From IMG/VR virus record IMGVR_UViG_3300026125_000370, positions 1 to 36,161 of that record: a stretch of 36,161 nt of DNA. One strand, written 5' to 3'. A program made the translations under genes and the position numbers. Shown piece by piece: positions 27,601 to 36,161 of this stretch. This DNA is from a virus (taxonomy: Duplodnaviria > Caudoviricetes). Within the stretch, counting starts at the first letter, position 1, and each line of letters begins with the position of its first letter. Below the pieces are notes generated by a model. The model ran no database searches, was not told the origin of the DNA, and worked only from the letters and a program-made list of their open reading frames with translations.

Positions 27601-30600
27601 AATACTAGATGCCCATCCTGTGTTGCTTGTAGGAGCAACAATAGTTTGACTCCAAGTGTAGCGACCGTCTTGATTTAATCTATATACAACTACTTTATTA
27701 TCTGCGTCAGTATAAGATACATCAGTAAGTAAGTTTCTATATTCGATACTTGATACTAATGTTGTAATAGGAGTAGTATTAATAATAAAGAGCGGATTAA
27801 CTTCTAGTTCAACAGGTTCTGTCGTTTTAACTGTTATTACTGTAGGACTTCTACTTACTACTTCACCAATAATAGACCTATCAGATAACTTTTGTTCAAA
27901 AGCATCACCTACAGATATAGCAAACGGTTCTGTAAGGAATGTTATTGTTGTATAAATGTTATTATCTATAACTAACGGAGAACCATCTAAAGCAAACTCA
28001 ATCTCGTTTTCTCTGTCAGCATACACAAATGCAGTATTGCTATTAGAAACTAATGGATTTTGTTTAATAACAACTGCTGCGCCAGTTGATGGTTGCTCTA
28101 TTCTAGTTCCTTCAGACAAGCTAGAATCAAACACAGCTGACATAGATAATACTGCTGCAAATTCTGTCTCAACCGATGTTGCAAATACATGCCCACGTTC
28201 TGCTACTGCGATATCTAACGAGAAGTCTTCTAGATTGTCAACAGAATCAAATAAAACATTGTTGTAAATGTTTGCATCAATTGGAACATAGTGACTATTT
28301 GCAACTTGTTCTGCTACTAGTGACCATTTTAGATTATTGCTAGGCGACACACCTGTATTAAATGTTAACGATCTATATAAAGCACCATTAAATAATACAA
28401 CTTCGTTCAATCTATATAGTGCAGTTGAGTTGTACGGGCCTCTGTAATTAGGATCAATGTCTAACACATAGTTTAGTTGGTTATCGTTTTCGTCGAAGCC
28501 AGCTTTTACAAAGTGTACTCTGCTTTGAGTACCGATGTAAATTCTGTACATGCTACCGTCTTGTGTTATGTCAACTGTCTTACCAACGTTAACATCATCA
28601 GTAGGCAATGTGTAGTTGTTAATAAGTTGCCATGTATCGCCTAAGCGTCTATAGACAGAATACGCACCTTTTGCTGTTGCATAAGTTGTTTTGCCACTTT
28701 CAACGACAGGTAAATTGTAAACAATTTGCCAATCTCTGTTAGATGTACTTGGAACACTTGCTGGCAAGTCTTTACCTGCTTCGTCAAAGTTTTCTTTGTA
28801 AACCCAGTATTCTTTGTTTACATACGCAAAAGTATTTAGATCTTCATACTGTGGAAGAGCACCGTAAGAATCAGGGTTAGCAGGGAACCTAAATGCTCCA
28901 GGCGAGTAAACTGGGAATCCAAATTGGTCTGTATTTTCAGTTGGTGTTTCATCAAATACTGCAAGAACACCAACATTATCAACTACGTTTGCAAGGCTAA
29001 TTTTTTCAATTTGGCCCATTGTACGCTTGTTAGGTGCTCCATTTTCAAATGTTCTTAAACGCAAGTTGTCTTGGATAGTAAAGTTTCTGTTTCTATTATT
29101 AACGCTTGCACTGTCAATAACTTTAAGGTACAGCCTTGCCTCTGAAACTTTGCGTTTAATATAGTACATAACTTCAGCTGTTGCTCCTGTTAGTGCATCT
29201 TCTACAATATCACCGATTACAGGTTCAAAAAAGTCGCCAATAGAAGTGTCAGGGTCTGAAGGTATGTCAATATCAGACGTTTGGGTATTAGTCAAACGAA
29301 TGTCAATGTAACCGTCCCATAGATCTCTAATTCTATGAGCTCCTGTATTTCCAGGTAGAGGTTCTTTGTTGTTAATTCTGTTAGCATCGATACCTGTTAA
29401 AATTTCATCAACTGGGTCTGCATCGTCGTCGATCCAAACATTAACGTAGTCGTCAACACCAACTTCTGATTCTAATGCTTTAGGTAGGCGCACTAACCAT
29501 CTACTGTCAAGTATGTCTCTTACTCCACTAGTATACGGGTCGCCTCTGTGACTTAGTGTCGTAATAAACGCTAGTTCATTGTCTCTTCCGATCTCCCTGT
29601 TTTCAGCATCGGCTGCTACTTCATCTAAACTTGAGTAGAAGTAGTTAGGCTCTGACCTTCTGTAAGTTACACCATCGTCTTCAAGTACAATTATGTCTTG
29701 ATATACTAACCCGTAGCCAGGGTAAGCATAGTCAACTGGATCAGTAAACTCATTGCTTGTCTGGTAGTTGTGCTCAGTGTTTATCATCCACCAGCCGTTT
29801 GCGCCAGATGCAGTGTTGTAGTGCGGAATTGTGTAATCACCTACTAGTTGATCGTTTCTGTATAATTTGTCTGACTGTAAAAATTCACCGTTGATATTAG
29901 TAATATACAGAACCATACTAAAGTCTTTCTTGTATACTTTATACACAGTACCTTGGCCGGAGCTAGTATTAACAACATCGCCCTCGCTCGGTGGGTTAGA
30001 GTAACCAATCAATAGAATTACCTGATCTATTCTAGCAATAATTTCGTGTTCGCCAGTGATAAATTCCGAATCAGGAACAATAAGTCTGTTTTCAGGTAAT
30101 GTGCTACTTAAATAAGCAGGCGTTGAAAACTGGTTAACTACATTAATTCTATCAGGGAACGGTTTAACTGCTGTAATAGCATCGTCTAATCTGTTAAAGT
30201 TAGTGTAATCGTTCCATTTTAATACCAATTTATCGCCGGCTTTTGTTGCACGATATTGGTCACTAGGTGCTTTAACTAACAAGTGATCTGTTATTTCATT
30301 TGGAAGGTATGGCTTACCTTGCAGTAGCAAGTTTAATGCACTGCTATCATTTGCTTTTTCTATAAACGCATAACTGTCAAATGTAGTGAAAGATACTGCT
30401 TGGTTCTCTGCAGGCACTTCACGTACTGCGCTCCAGTAGTTTTCTGCATGTTTTACTACTGAACCTTCTTCGTAAGGTGCTCCGTTTCCGTCAGGTCCTT
30501 GTTTATTGTAAAGTCCAACAAAGTTAGTGTCAAAGCCAGTAGCTTCGGGCGAGCCAACTACAAGTATATTGCCATCTTCACTCATTGCTATGCTAGTACC

Positions 30601-33600
30601 AAAACTTTCAAAGTCAAGTGTCGGTTCTAAAATTTCTAGCGGTGAAAACTCTGTACTAATGTTCGAACGTCTGTATGATACAACTTTACCATTTTCATTT
30701 TTAGGATCGCCTACAGTTAGTAGAGTGTTTGCTCTGTTAACTGCAATACTAGAACCGTACTGTACATTATTGCCACTTGATGTAATTTCATTATAATCAA
30801 TAAAGCTTTTATACTTTTGTAGTACTTTCCAATCTGTTTCTGCTCGTCCGTCTAGCCAAATTCTTTGATTGTCTAGTAAATTTCCAGTTAATGCTCTATT
30901 GGCACGCTCTACTGGTGTTAGACCCTGTTCTGCTTTTGATCTTACGCTTCTTAGAAGTGCAATATAACCGTTTATTACTTCATCATCTGGTGTTGATGTA
31001 AGTTGTGCTTCTTCAGGTACAAGCACTTCCAACACATTGTTTCTAATGTCAACAATTTCGTAAAAACCTTGGTTTTCTGATTCTACGTTACTTAGACCTA
31101 TTACATCGTTAATGCTAAATCCTTTAGCAGTTTTGTCAAGGTAGAAGAAAGCGCCTGGTGTTGGACTTCCTGTGATACTGTCAACACTGTCTTGGAAAGT
31201 TTCTATTTTAGTTACACGATATTCTGTAGTAACAAGTTGTAATACATCCCAGTCTGAATTTCGACCAGTTACCCAAATATAATCTTCTGGTCCAATAGCA
31301 GTAATATCTTTACCTAACAAGTCATACTTGTCATTAATACGATATTTTACATCTTGGTCCATTACATAACCTGCAGAGCGTGTTTCGCTCTGAGGAGTTA
31401 ATGTAACAGGGAATGGTGCATGATCGTAGTCCTTAGGAGCAGAGTATACATTTCCTCTAGTAAGCTTGTAAGTTAAATCTGTGTCGTTTAACGGAATACT
31501 GTCTACTAGCTCAACTGGTTGAGGATCTAGTTTTAGTTGTTTTTCGTCGATGATGTATTCTACTTCTTCAAAGTTGTCAGTAGCACCGTAACGTCCTAGT
31601 CTAATAGCCCACTCTTCGTAGAACTCTAAACTGTCTTTGTCTGCTGAACTTAGTGCATCAAACAGTTTAGTAAGAGCATTAGTTGTGCCCTTGTCTTGAA
31701 TCATGCCTTGATAGAATTTAAACTGACTTACTTCATCGTTAATAATATTCTGTAGGTATTGACGCTTCTGATAGCCAATTAAGTGCTGTGCATGTTTTTG
31801 CTGTTCTACGTCAAAGTTGTCGCTGTCTAGATCATAGAAATCTGCAAACTGATTGATTCTGTAATCAAAGTTTGGATACATCTTAGACTCTGGACGATCT
31901 TCTAAACGTTCCCAGTCTGAATCGTTAAATCGTTCTACGCCTGCAAGGTTGCCTAGTGCCACATAGTAGAATTCTTTGTATTTTACAAGGCTGCCGATAC
32001 CGTAATCCTTCCATTGTTCCCAGTCAGTTACTTCTGCACTGTCGTATACAAATCCAGGAATGTGTAGTCCACCTGTCCAGCCGTCTGAACGGTAACCAGT
32101 TACACGAATACGCTCCTGACGGTAACCTGCTTCTGGGTCGTAAATGTAATCATTAAACACAGTCTTGTTGTCAAGCAATACAACGTGTTCTTTTTGTACT
32201 AGTGGCAAGCGTACAGAATAGATTCCGTCAGCAGTATTTTTAGATCTCAAGCCAAACTCGTTTTCACTGTCTCTAGCAATCGAACTAAACGATCGTTCAA
32301 GTTTTTTACCGTCTGCTTTTAATAGGCTGTAATCATAGAAATCATCAAATATGTTGTCTACTACTGCGTAGTCTCTTGAAAAACGCAAGTCTTGTGCACC
32401 AGGGCTAAGTGCAATAACACTTCCTGCTGCCCAGTTTTGTGTAGTCCAGAACAAGAATTCTTTTACTGAGAAATTCCAATCTTCAACAAGAGCAGTGTCT
32501 TCGTTAAAGTATTCAAATTTAATTCCTGTAGACTTCAAGTACTCTTGGTACCCTAACAAGAAGTCAACTACATCTTGTACAGAACGTATTAATGTACCAT
32601 ACGGAAGTTTGTTTATACGACTTGTAAATGATCTACGCAATACTGCATCACGGCCGCCTACTTGCGGCAAGCTAGCTAATTTTGCAAAGTTTTCTGCTGC
32701 AAAGTCTGTAGAACTTACATGACTGTTTGTAACTCTGTAATATACACCGTTATATCTTACATTCTGACCTTTAACGTATTGCTTGCGCTCGTTCCATTCA
32801 ACAAACTGCTCCGAAACACCGCCTACGTTAATAACAGGATCATTTGCTTTGATTACAGGCTCAAAGTAGTTAAACTCGCTTACTTGTTTGTCGTAGCCTT
32901 TAACAATAAAGCCATTAGTTGCTTTTTCAATAATAACACCACTGAAGCTAACAGTTTCAATAGGCGCACTTGTATTTAAGAATATTTTATAGTTTTCTTC
33001 TGGAACAAATACGTTACCTTCATTTAACGGTGTTCTAGAATCAAGTATTAGTTTAAATTTAGCCTTTTCTGTAAAGCCTCCCACTTTAATTGCAAGTTGG
33101 TTATTGATATTCTTAACGTTGGACTGATAAGCTTCGTAATTTGCAGTTGTGCTACTTGCTAGGTAGTTGTAAACATAGTTTACAAGACCACTAGTAATAA
33201 CACGCTGATCGTCTTTAATTGTATTAGGAAATACTAAATCTTGCAATCTTAGTATTGTGTTTGCTTCTGTGTATACAAGATTACCTACAGCGTTTCTTGT
33301 CATTCTGCTCAAGTCAAAACCTATGCCCATAATCTTAGTAGGCTGGTTTAGTACCCATGCAGTAATTAATGCAAATGGATATTCTGAGCTTTTGCGCCAT
33401 GCTGTTTCTACAGGAGTTTCGTCACCGTATTTAAATTCTTCTCTTGTAAGACTTTGAACAAAATTTTGTGCATAGTTACTTGCTAACGGAGAAAGTAGCT
33501 GTCCTTGGTCGTTTACAGGAATGTGATTAAGTATACCAGGTCTTGCATACTTTTTGTTTCTGCGTACAGGAACACCAGGCTCACGAATAACACCTTGTTC

Positions 33601-36161
33601 TAGATCTTCCCAAAGAACAAGGTTGGCACTTGTGTAAGGTGCTGGTCCATACTCATCTTCCCACCAACTCGGTTTAACGCTAAATCCTAGCATTTCCCAA
33701 GGATGTGTATGTGGACGATCAGTATCGTATGCTTGACGGTATACAGCTCTCCACCATCCAGGTAGTGCAGTGCCGTTAGGCGATGTCATACTGCTATAGT
33801 TATATGTAAACGAGTTTTCAGTTACATAATTTTCATTTGTTGTATAGTCAGGATCACCTGCAATTTCTAACCATTGTACAAAGTCAGATACAATCGATCT
33901 GTCAATATTAGTTTTAGAAAATCCTGTGTTTCTGTATTCACCGCCTACAAACTCATGAATATCTAATATGTCTGTGCGGTATGCTTGTTTAATGTTGTTG
34001 TAGATTCTGCGTTCTAACTCAAGCAACAAGTCATCACGGAAGTCGCCATATGCTAGTGTAATACTACCATCGTGACCTTGTATTACTGTACGTGGCTCAA
34101 GCGTAGTATCGTCAACATAAATTTGTGGTTCAAAAGCAGGATACATTCCTAGTTTAGTAGGAGTGCTCGGAACAAAGCTACCGTCAGTAGTATCATATTC
34201 AAAGATATCGATAATGTCACGGAATTGTTTTTCAGCAGTTACACGGATAAATCCTTCGTCGTTAAATGTGTAATCTTTACCGTGTGTAAGTTGTACATTG
34301 TTTAGGTAGACCAGTACTGCTTTTGCAGTATGATTGCTTAAACTAAATGGTGCGCTTAATGCAAAGTAATCTCCATCACTAGCTTTTACTTCGTGCTGAA
34401 TGTGTTTAGCGCCACCTGTTGGAACCATGTCTGTAAAGTAGAACGGCATACGCTCAGTTTTTTGAGCATTAATAGTACGCATGATTAAATCAACGTGCTG
34501 TTTAGGATATCCGTCAAAACCTAATGATTCTGCTGTTTGAATGAATTGACGTTTAAATTTAGCATATTCTGCTCTAGCAAATTTTAGTGCTTTAACGATA
34601 TTTGCTTCTTTGTTTACCAAGTGGTATAGTGCTAGGTTCATAGGACCTGTATGTTTTACAAATCGCTTGCCGTATGCATCTACGTCACCTAAATCACGCA
34701 AATTGCTTGTACCAGGGTATGCTGCACCTAAATAGTTAGGAGCATCTTCAACAATAGTACCTACGTGATCGATCACTTCGCCAAGCGTAAACATACTCAT
34801 ATTAGCATTAAGCGGATTACGCTCTAAGTTGTGCGCAATTTCGTAGTAGCCATTTTCGTTTTTGTCCGATGCACTGTAGCACTTTAATACAACGTTGTCG
34901 TTTGCTACTAGGTCAGTTGTAAAAGTAATGTACGCTACACCGTTTATTCTGTTGATAACGTAATCTGTGTTTTCTACTTTCACATTGTTGTTAAGAATAA
35001 CCTTAACACGAAGATCATTTAGATCTCCGCTGTTATCAAATACATCAACTGCAAAGTCGTTAAATTGCGCATCAACAACATATTGACGAATAACTGCTTG
35101 TCTACTTGGGCTCTTTGCTCTAGACCAACCATTTTGAGAAACATAGTTTGTTAAATCTTGGTACTTTCTTAGATAACCTGTTTCTGTTTTAACTGTTAGT
35201 ACTGTGTCATTAACTTGATACTCGAAAGTGTCGCTAATCAAAGGAAATTCAAAACTAATATCACCTAAGTTTTCAATTGAACGATAAGTTAAACCAAAAC
35301 CTAATTCCGAATCTTCTGCTTCTACGTTGCTTTCAATGTAAGCAAATACTTTATTTCCAGCAAATGTAGATACGCCATATACAGACTTGTCACCAAAACT
35401 GTTACCTTCTTCGTCGAACATATCAAAAAGAGGTGTTTGGTTAACTTTTGTTTTAGCTTGTGCTTCTACCCAAGTGTCTCCATTGTACCAAAATAGTTTA
35501 CCTCTATTGTCGTTACCGTTACGAACAATAACAGTTTCGTTTTCTTGTGGTAATGTATCTTCTGCTTCGATTAAGCTAATTTGTCTATTGTTGTTAAAAT
35601 TAATAAACTTAACTTCATATACTTTTGCACGTACTAAAATGTCAGTTTCAGCAGCAAAAATAATACGCATACCTTCTGCAAGGTCAATGCCGTCAACGTT
35701 GTAACCTTCAGCGCCTTCAATAATACTAAATGCGTCTGTTGTAATTGTGTCAATTAGCTCAATGTCTTTCTTCGCTTGTGTACCAAAATTGTGTAGTTTA
35801 AGTCCAGCTTCAAATTCAATAATAGGACGACTTGCTCTTGCACTTTGATCTACAAGAGGAAGTTGATTATTATATGATGCGCTTGCTTCAACTACACTTT
35901 TGTGGAACCATTTGTTGTAACGTGACCAAGCGTTTCTATCAGCACTTGCTCTATTAATTACAATGTAATCTTTTACAGTAGCAAATGAGTTTGCATTACC
36001 AAACGGAAGTCTGTCAAATCCTGCACTGTCAAATGGTACTAGTACATCACTGCTGTAAGCGGCAGGAATTGTTAAATCGTTTTCATTAACAAGACGAATT
36101 TTGTCGCCTACTCCTTCAACATACCATTCGTCGTTTGCATATTCAGCAGGTGTAACTTCCC
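21640..36161 (-). CDS. Giant multidomain virion protein (baseplate wedge/adsorption apparatus-like), 5'-truncated, >4,839 aa
   Basis: Reading frame checked manually upstream of the tracked ATG 35670: no stop to the window edge (...EWYVEGVG...DYIVINRAS...NAWSRYNKWFH...RPIIEF...). Contains FG-GAP-like repeats, CBM5/12-like motifs, GSGY/GGGGTGA repeats familiar from T4-like baseplate proteins, and DGxT beta-sandwich repeats. Confidence 0.88.
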   Translation of the reverse strand, partial: EVTPAEYANDEWYVEGVGDKIRLVNENDLTIPAAYSSDVLVPFDSAGFDRLPFGNANSFATVKDYIVINRASADRNAWSRYNKWFHKSVVEASASYNNQLPLVDQSARASRPIIEFEAGLKLHNFGTQAKKDIELIDTITTDAFSIIEGAEGYNVDGIDLAEGMRIIFAAETDILVRAKVYEVKFINFNNNRQISLIEAEDTLPQENETVIVRNGNDNRGKLFWYNGDTWVEAQAKTKVNQTPLFDMFDEEGNSFGDKSVYGVSTFAGNKVFAYIESNVEAEDSELGFGLTYRSIENLGDISFEFPLISDTFEYQVNDTVLTVKTETGYLRKYQDLTNYVSQNGWSRAKSPSRQAVIRQYVVDAQFNDFAVDVFDNSGDLNDLRVKVILNNNVKVENTDYVINRINGVAYITFTTDLVANDNVVLKCYSASDKNENGYYEIAHNLERNPLNANMSMFTLGEVIDHVGTIVEDAPNYLGAAYPGTSNLRDLGDVDAYGKRFVKHTGPMNLALYHLVNKEANIVKALKFARAEYAKFKRQFIQTAESLGFDGYPKQHVDLIMRTINAQKTERMPFYFTDMVPTGGAKHIQHEVKASDGDYFALSAPFSLSNHTAKAVLVYLNNVQLTHGKDYTFNDEGFIRVTAEKQFRDIIDIFEYDTTDGSFVPSTPTKLGMYPAFEPQIYVDDTTLEPRTVIQGHDGSITLAYGDFRDDLLLELERRIYNNIKQAYRTDILDIHEFVGGEYRNTGFSKTNIDRSIVSDFVQWLEIAGDPDYTTNENYVTENSFTYNYSSMTSPNGTALPGWWRAVYRQAYDTDRPHTHPWEMLGFSVKPSWWEDEYGPAPYTSANLVLWEDLEQGVIREPGVPVRRNKKYARPGILNHIPVNDQGQLLSPLASNYAQNFVQSLTREEFKYGDETPVETAWRKSSEYPFALITAWVLNQPTKIMGIGFDLSRMTRNAVGNLVYTEANTILRLQDLVFPNTIKDDQRVITSGLVNYVYNYLASSTTANYEAYQSNVKNINNQLAIKVGGFTEKAKFKLILDSRTPLNEGNVFVPEENYKIFLNTSAPIETVSFSGVIIEKATNGFIVKGYDKQVSEFNYFEPVIKANDPVINVGGVSEQFVEWNERKQYVKGQNVRYNGVYYRVTNSHVSSTDFAAENFAKLASLPQVGGRDAVLRRSFTSRINKLPYGTLIRSVQDVVDFLLGYQEYLKSTGIKFEYFNEDTALVEDWNFSVKEFLFWTTQNWAAGSVIALSPGAQDLRFSRDYAVVDNIFDDFYDYSLLKADGKKLERSFSSIARDSENEFGLRSKNTADGIYSVRLPLVQKEHVVLLDNKTVFNDYIYDPEAGYRQERIRVTGYRSDGWTGGLHIPGFVYDSAEVTDWEQWKDYGIGSLVKYKEFYYVALGNLAGVERFNDSDWERLEDRPESKMYPNFDYRINQFADFYDLDSDNFDVEQQKHAQHLIGYQKRQYLQNIINDEVSQFKFYQGMIQDKGTTNALTKLFDALSSADKDSLEFYEEWAIRLGRYGATDNFEEVEYIIDEKQLKLDPQPVELVDSIPLNDTDLTYKLTRGNVYSAPKDYDHAPFPVTLTPQSETRSAGYVMDQDVKYRINDKYDLLGKDITAIGPEDYIWVTGRNSDWDVLQLVTTEYRVTKIETFQDSVDSITGSPTPGAFFYLDKTAKGFSINDVIGLSNVESENQGFYEIVDIRNNVLEVLVPEEAQLTSTPDDEVINGYIALLRSVRSKAEQGLTPVERANRALTGNLLDNQRIWLDGRAETDWKVLQKYKSFIDYNEITSSGNNVQYGSSIAVNRANTLLTVGDPKNENGKVVSYRRSNISTEFSPLEILEPTLDFESFGTSIAMSEDGNILVVGSPEATGFDTNFVGLYNKQGPDGNGAPYEEGSVVKHAENYWSAVREVPAENQAVSFTTFDSYAFIEKANDSSALNLLLQGKPYLPNEITDHLLVKAPSDQYRATKAGDKLVLKWNDYTNFNRLDDAITAVKPFPDRINVVNQFSTPAYLSSTLPENRLIVPDSEFITGEHEIIARIDQVILLIGYSNPPSEGDVVNTSSGQGTVYKVYKKDFSMVLYITNINGEFLQSDKLYRNDQLVGDYTIPHYNTASGANGWWMINTEHNYQTSNEFTDPVDYAYPGYGLVYQDIIVLEDDGVTYRRSEPNYFYSSLDEVAADAENREIGRDNELAFITTLSHRGDPYTSGVRDILDSRWLVRLPKALESEVGVDDYVNVWIDDDADPVDEILTGIDANRINNKEPLPGNTGAHRIRDLWDGYIDIRLTNTQTSDIDIPSDPDTSIGDFFEPVIGDIVEDALTGATAEVMYYIKRKVSEARLYLKVIDSASVNNRNRNFTIQDNLRLRTFENGAPNKRTMGQIEKISLANVVDNVGVLAVFDETPTENTDQFGFPVYSPGAFRFPANPDSYGALPQYEDLNTFAYVNKEYWVYKENFDEAGKDLPASVPSTSNRDWQIVYNLPVVESGKTTYATAKGAYSVYRRLGDTWQLINNYTLPTDDVNVGKTVDITQDGSMYRIYIGTQSRVHFVKAGFDENDNQLNYVLDIDPNYRGPYNSTALYRLNEVVLFNGALYRSLTFNTGVSPSNNLKWSLVAEQVANSHYVPIDANIYNNVLFDSVDNLEDFSLDIAVAERGHVFATSVETEFAAVLSMSAVFDSSLSEGTRIEQPSTGAAVVIKQNPLVSNSNTAFVYADRENEIEFALDGSPLVIDNNIYTTITFLTEPFAISVGDAFEQKLSDRSIIGEVVSRSPTVITVKTTEPVELEVNPLFIINTTPITTLVSSIEYRNLLTDVSYTDADNKVVVYRLNQDGRYTWSQTIVAPTSNTGWASSIDMSKDGNVLVVGDPGNDTDAEDNGRVFVYKMNNAVNPQFELSQTIISPRNEKFEKFGTQVSLTDNWLAVSSFNGDIKIKTTLDDDVTVFDRDFTTFSKQTTDTGSITLYQNIDDEYLIAEELEHPSVIDAMFGDLVIVNGNEVYVGAPRLVNEDGVKGAVVNYGMPRGKYSWEVLRSSVDVVDLKKIKQAFLYNVKTNKLVEYLDYVDVQQGKIPGPAEQEITFKSYNDLARYNNTINARQFSEYNNWEEEHVGKLWWDLSTTRFKNAYTGDAINQTNRWNKIVPGYSVDVYEWVESNLIPSEWDAVADTPDGYAKGISGTSRYGDDAYSQKLVFDPVSQSFSTKYYFWVKNKFTIPDMDGRSISAGDVARLIQDPAGQGYRFAALLSNRRFALFNCRSLIADTDVALNVAYYTQDTQEQNVHSEYQIVSEGLETSQPKEDILRKWIDSLTGYDSAGRQVPDPELSPRQKYGALSNPRQAMFVNRQEALKQTVERANLVLSRNIMVDEFDFDRLNSKEAEPRLTTFSYDIVVDTIEDLSFVGTERAEPAQLRLELNNGSVRKVTITNKGRSYVDPTYVLGESTRRRGPSYTVIGTGEGLELDLTINNIGQVTNVDILNPGINYESTTQVVVRRLSVLVRNDSTVDGRWAIYEWNETTTSWDRKRVQSYNTSLYWDYADWYAEGYNQFTTIDYSVDFSYQLPSTNATIGDIVKIQTIGSGGWLLLRRVSLTGSRDYTEDYETIGRQNGTIQLSSKLYDVAVSNVGFDAFAFDSKFYDSEPVVETRQILEALKEDLFVDNLAKDFNELFFASVRYVLSEQFNVDWVFKTSFVKAKHNVGELEQKITYQNDNLPSYNDYIEEVKPYKTNVREYLSAYERIENTNTLTSDFDVPPYYDTTTGKITTSELKVIDNNLVGAEPRFDEYPDKNWIDTVGFEVTAINIFDGGSKYKNPPQVFIEGGGGTGATAKAYIGRGSVVKVEVTNPGSGYLSAPTVRLVGDAQDGGTEARLSAVIGNSLAKSFKVITKFDRVSGEYFILSLPETQTFTGTAQTVKFTLNWPMEIKTNRIAVYIDGEKQLRSKFTYTNIKDTTASYERYLGQIEFVDPPALDAKIVVEYSKDPAMLQSADRIREFYKPTAGMPGIDLGQLMTGIDYGGVEVRSFDFDGPAGWDTDGWYAEPWDTYDNTYEDILFIADGTTVVIELDEPLEDGVVYNVYRNGVRIDDANYNTTPTNPNAVMNSITGDGVTTVVNLVDVTAEDGDRFILRKITSDGSFLPDGDSFDTILEGGNLNYGNATGVNAEDIVVDGDLFVTPITSGGPEELVPGQILDTVDIKVYERVGAGQGEVYNQNYITDGVTSEYGLGLFPNSDDAVIVKLGTTVLSDDQYVVDRVAQTLTFNTTPASGQRLTILSVGKNGQNILDIDTIVADGTSIILETKVQWTKDLQFVYTVNGKEPEAGTVIPTKNDAGFVVFEFSQGNPPAGTVLDYEIYANNDQQNYSKVMKDTFVADGSTVSFDLAVAPAVKGPAQFYTIVEVDGKIQSPGYNIQFVVTDSLQVEYELEKFQVPDSTINTAFLEVYVNGEILQQSVEYLVSVGNSSIILDAGLLQVGDELEIFLKDVGDYQIDGATLTFNTGKEPAEGAVINVYSFTNHDVTGLERYTYDMVARSSLTKGLDEFTRFHSIKGGKIELVTPAVGVQYVWVMVDGEWLMPTVDYDLSLDKRIVHLKDAPADGVTVDVLHFAAPLSTPRIAFRQFKDILNRTHYKRVDNAQGIVLAQDLHEYDLRIEVEDATLLPTPDRRQNKPGIIFVQGERIEYFIKDGNTLRQIRRGTLGTGVGSVYPAGTTIEAQGSNKNIPYADEVITTNIDATEGQTRIALDWIPTAGVNEFELFVAGRRMRKTPIEVFDPTLAIDSPQGDVTQPAEFTVELTYTETGDVALAEVVLAEPVSEGNRITIVRKQGKLWTEPGVPLKDAQNDIGNFLRQSVSELPE

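Noticed and set aside
35668-35670. Tracked ATG as start of the giant ORF
   Set aside because: Frame remains open with protein-like sequence to the window edge; this is an internal Met.
88-35704. All plus-strand ORFs in the track (e.g. 88..306, 4057..4407, 17498..18259, 19194..19604, 35387..35704)
   Set aside because: Antisense shadows of long minus-strand genes; no recognisable motifs and fully or almost fully overlapped.
1-36161. CRISPR arrays, tRNA/rRNA genes, introns, inteins, transposases, intrinsic terminators
   Set aside because: Intergenic gaps are all under 60 bp; no repeat-spacer pattern, convincing hairpin-U tract or homing endonuclease/intein motif was seen by eye.

Overview
AT-rich, densely coded fragment of a large tailed phage (probably a jumbo myovirus). 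All credible genes lie on the minus strand, in two adjoining modules. Right part (12.3-36.2 kb): virion structural genes, namely a giant baseplate/adsorption-type ORF that stays open to the window edge (>4,839 aa), a 202-aa baseplate-linked protein, three tail-fibre-like paralogues sharing one N-terminal module (one with a tail-collar domain, one with a peptidase-G2-type chaperone) and a duplicated pair of structural genes. Several are preceded by T4-late-like (T/A/C)TAAATA boxes. Left part (1-12.2 kb): a translationally coupled enzyme island with five radical SAM proteins (four with an N-terminal Twitch/SPASM-like Cys domain), four GT-A-type glycosyltransferase-like proteins in two paralogous pairs, a class I methyltransferase, a nitroreductase-fold flavoprotein, a truncated SGNH hydrolase missed by the ORF track, and three hypotheticals. 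Two perfect TTGACA-N17-TATAAT promoters occupy the only intergenic gaps of the island. The island looks like a phage-encoded glycan/macromolecule tailoring pathway and is the main candidate for an uncharacterised system. Family calls come from motif reading only; no database search was run.
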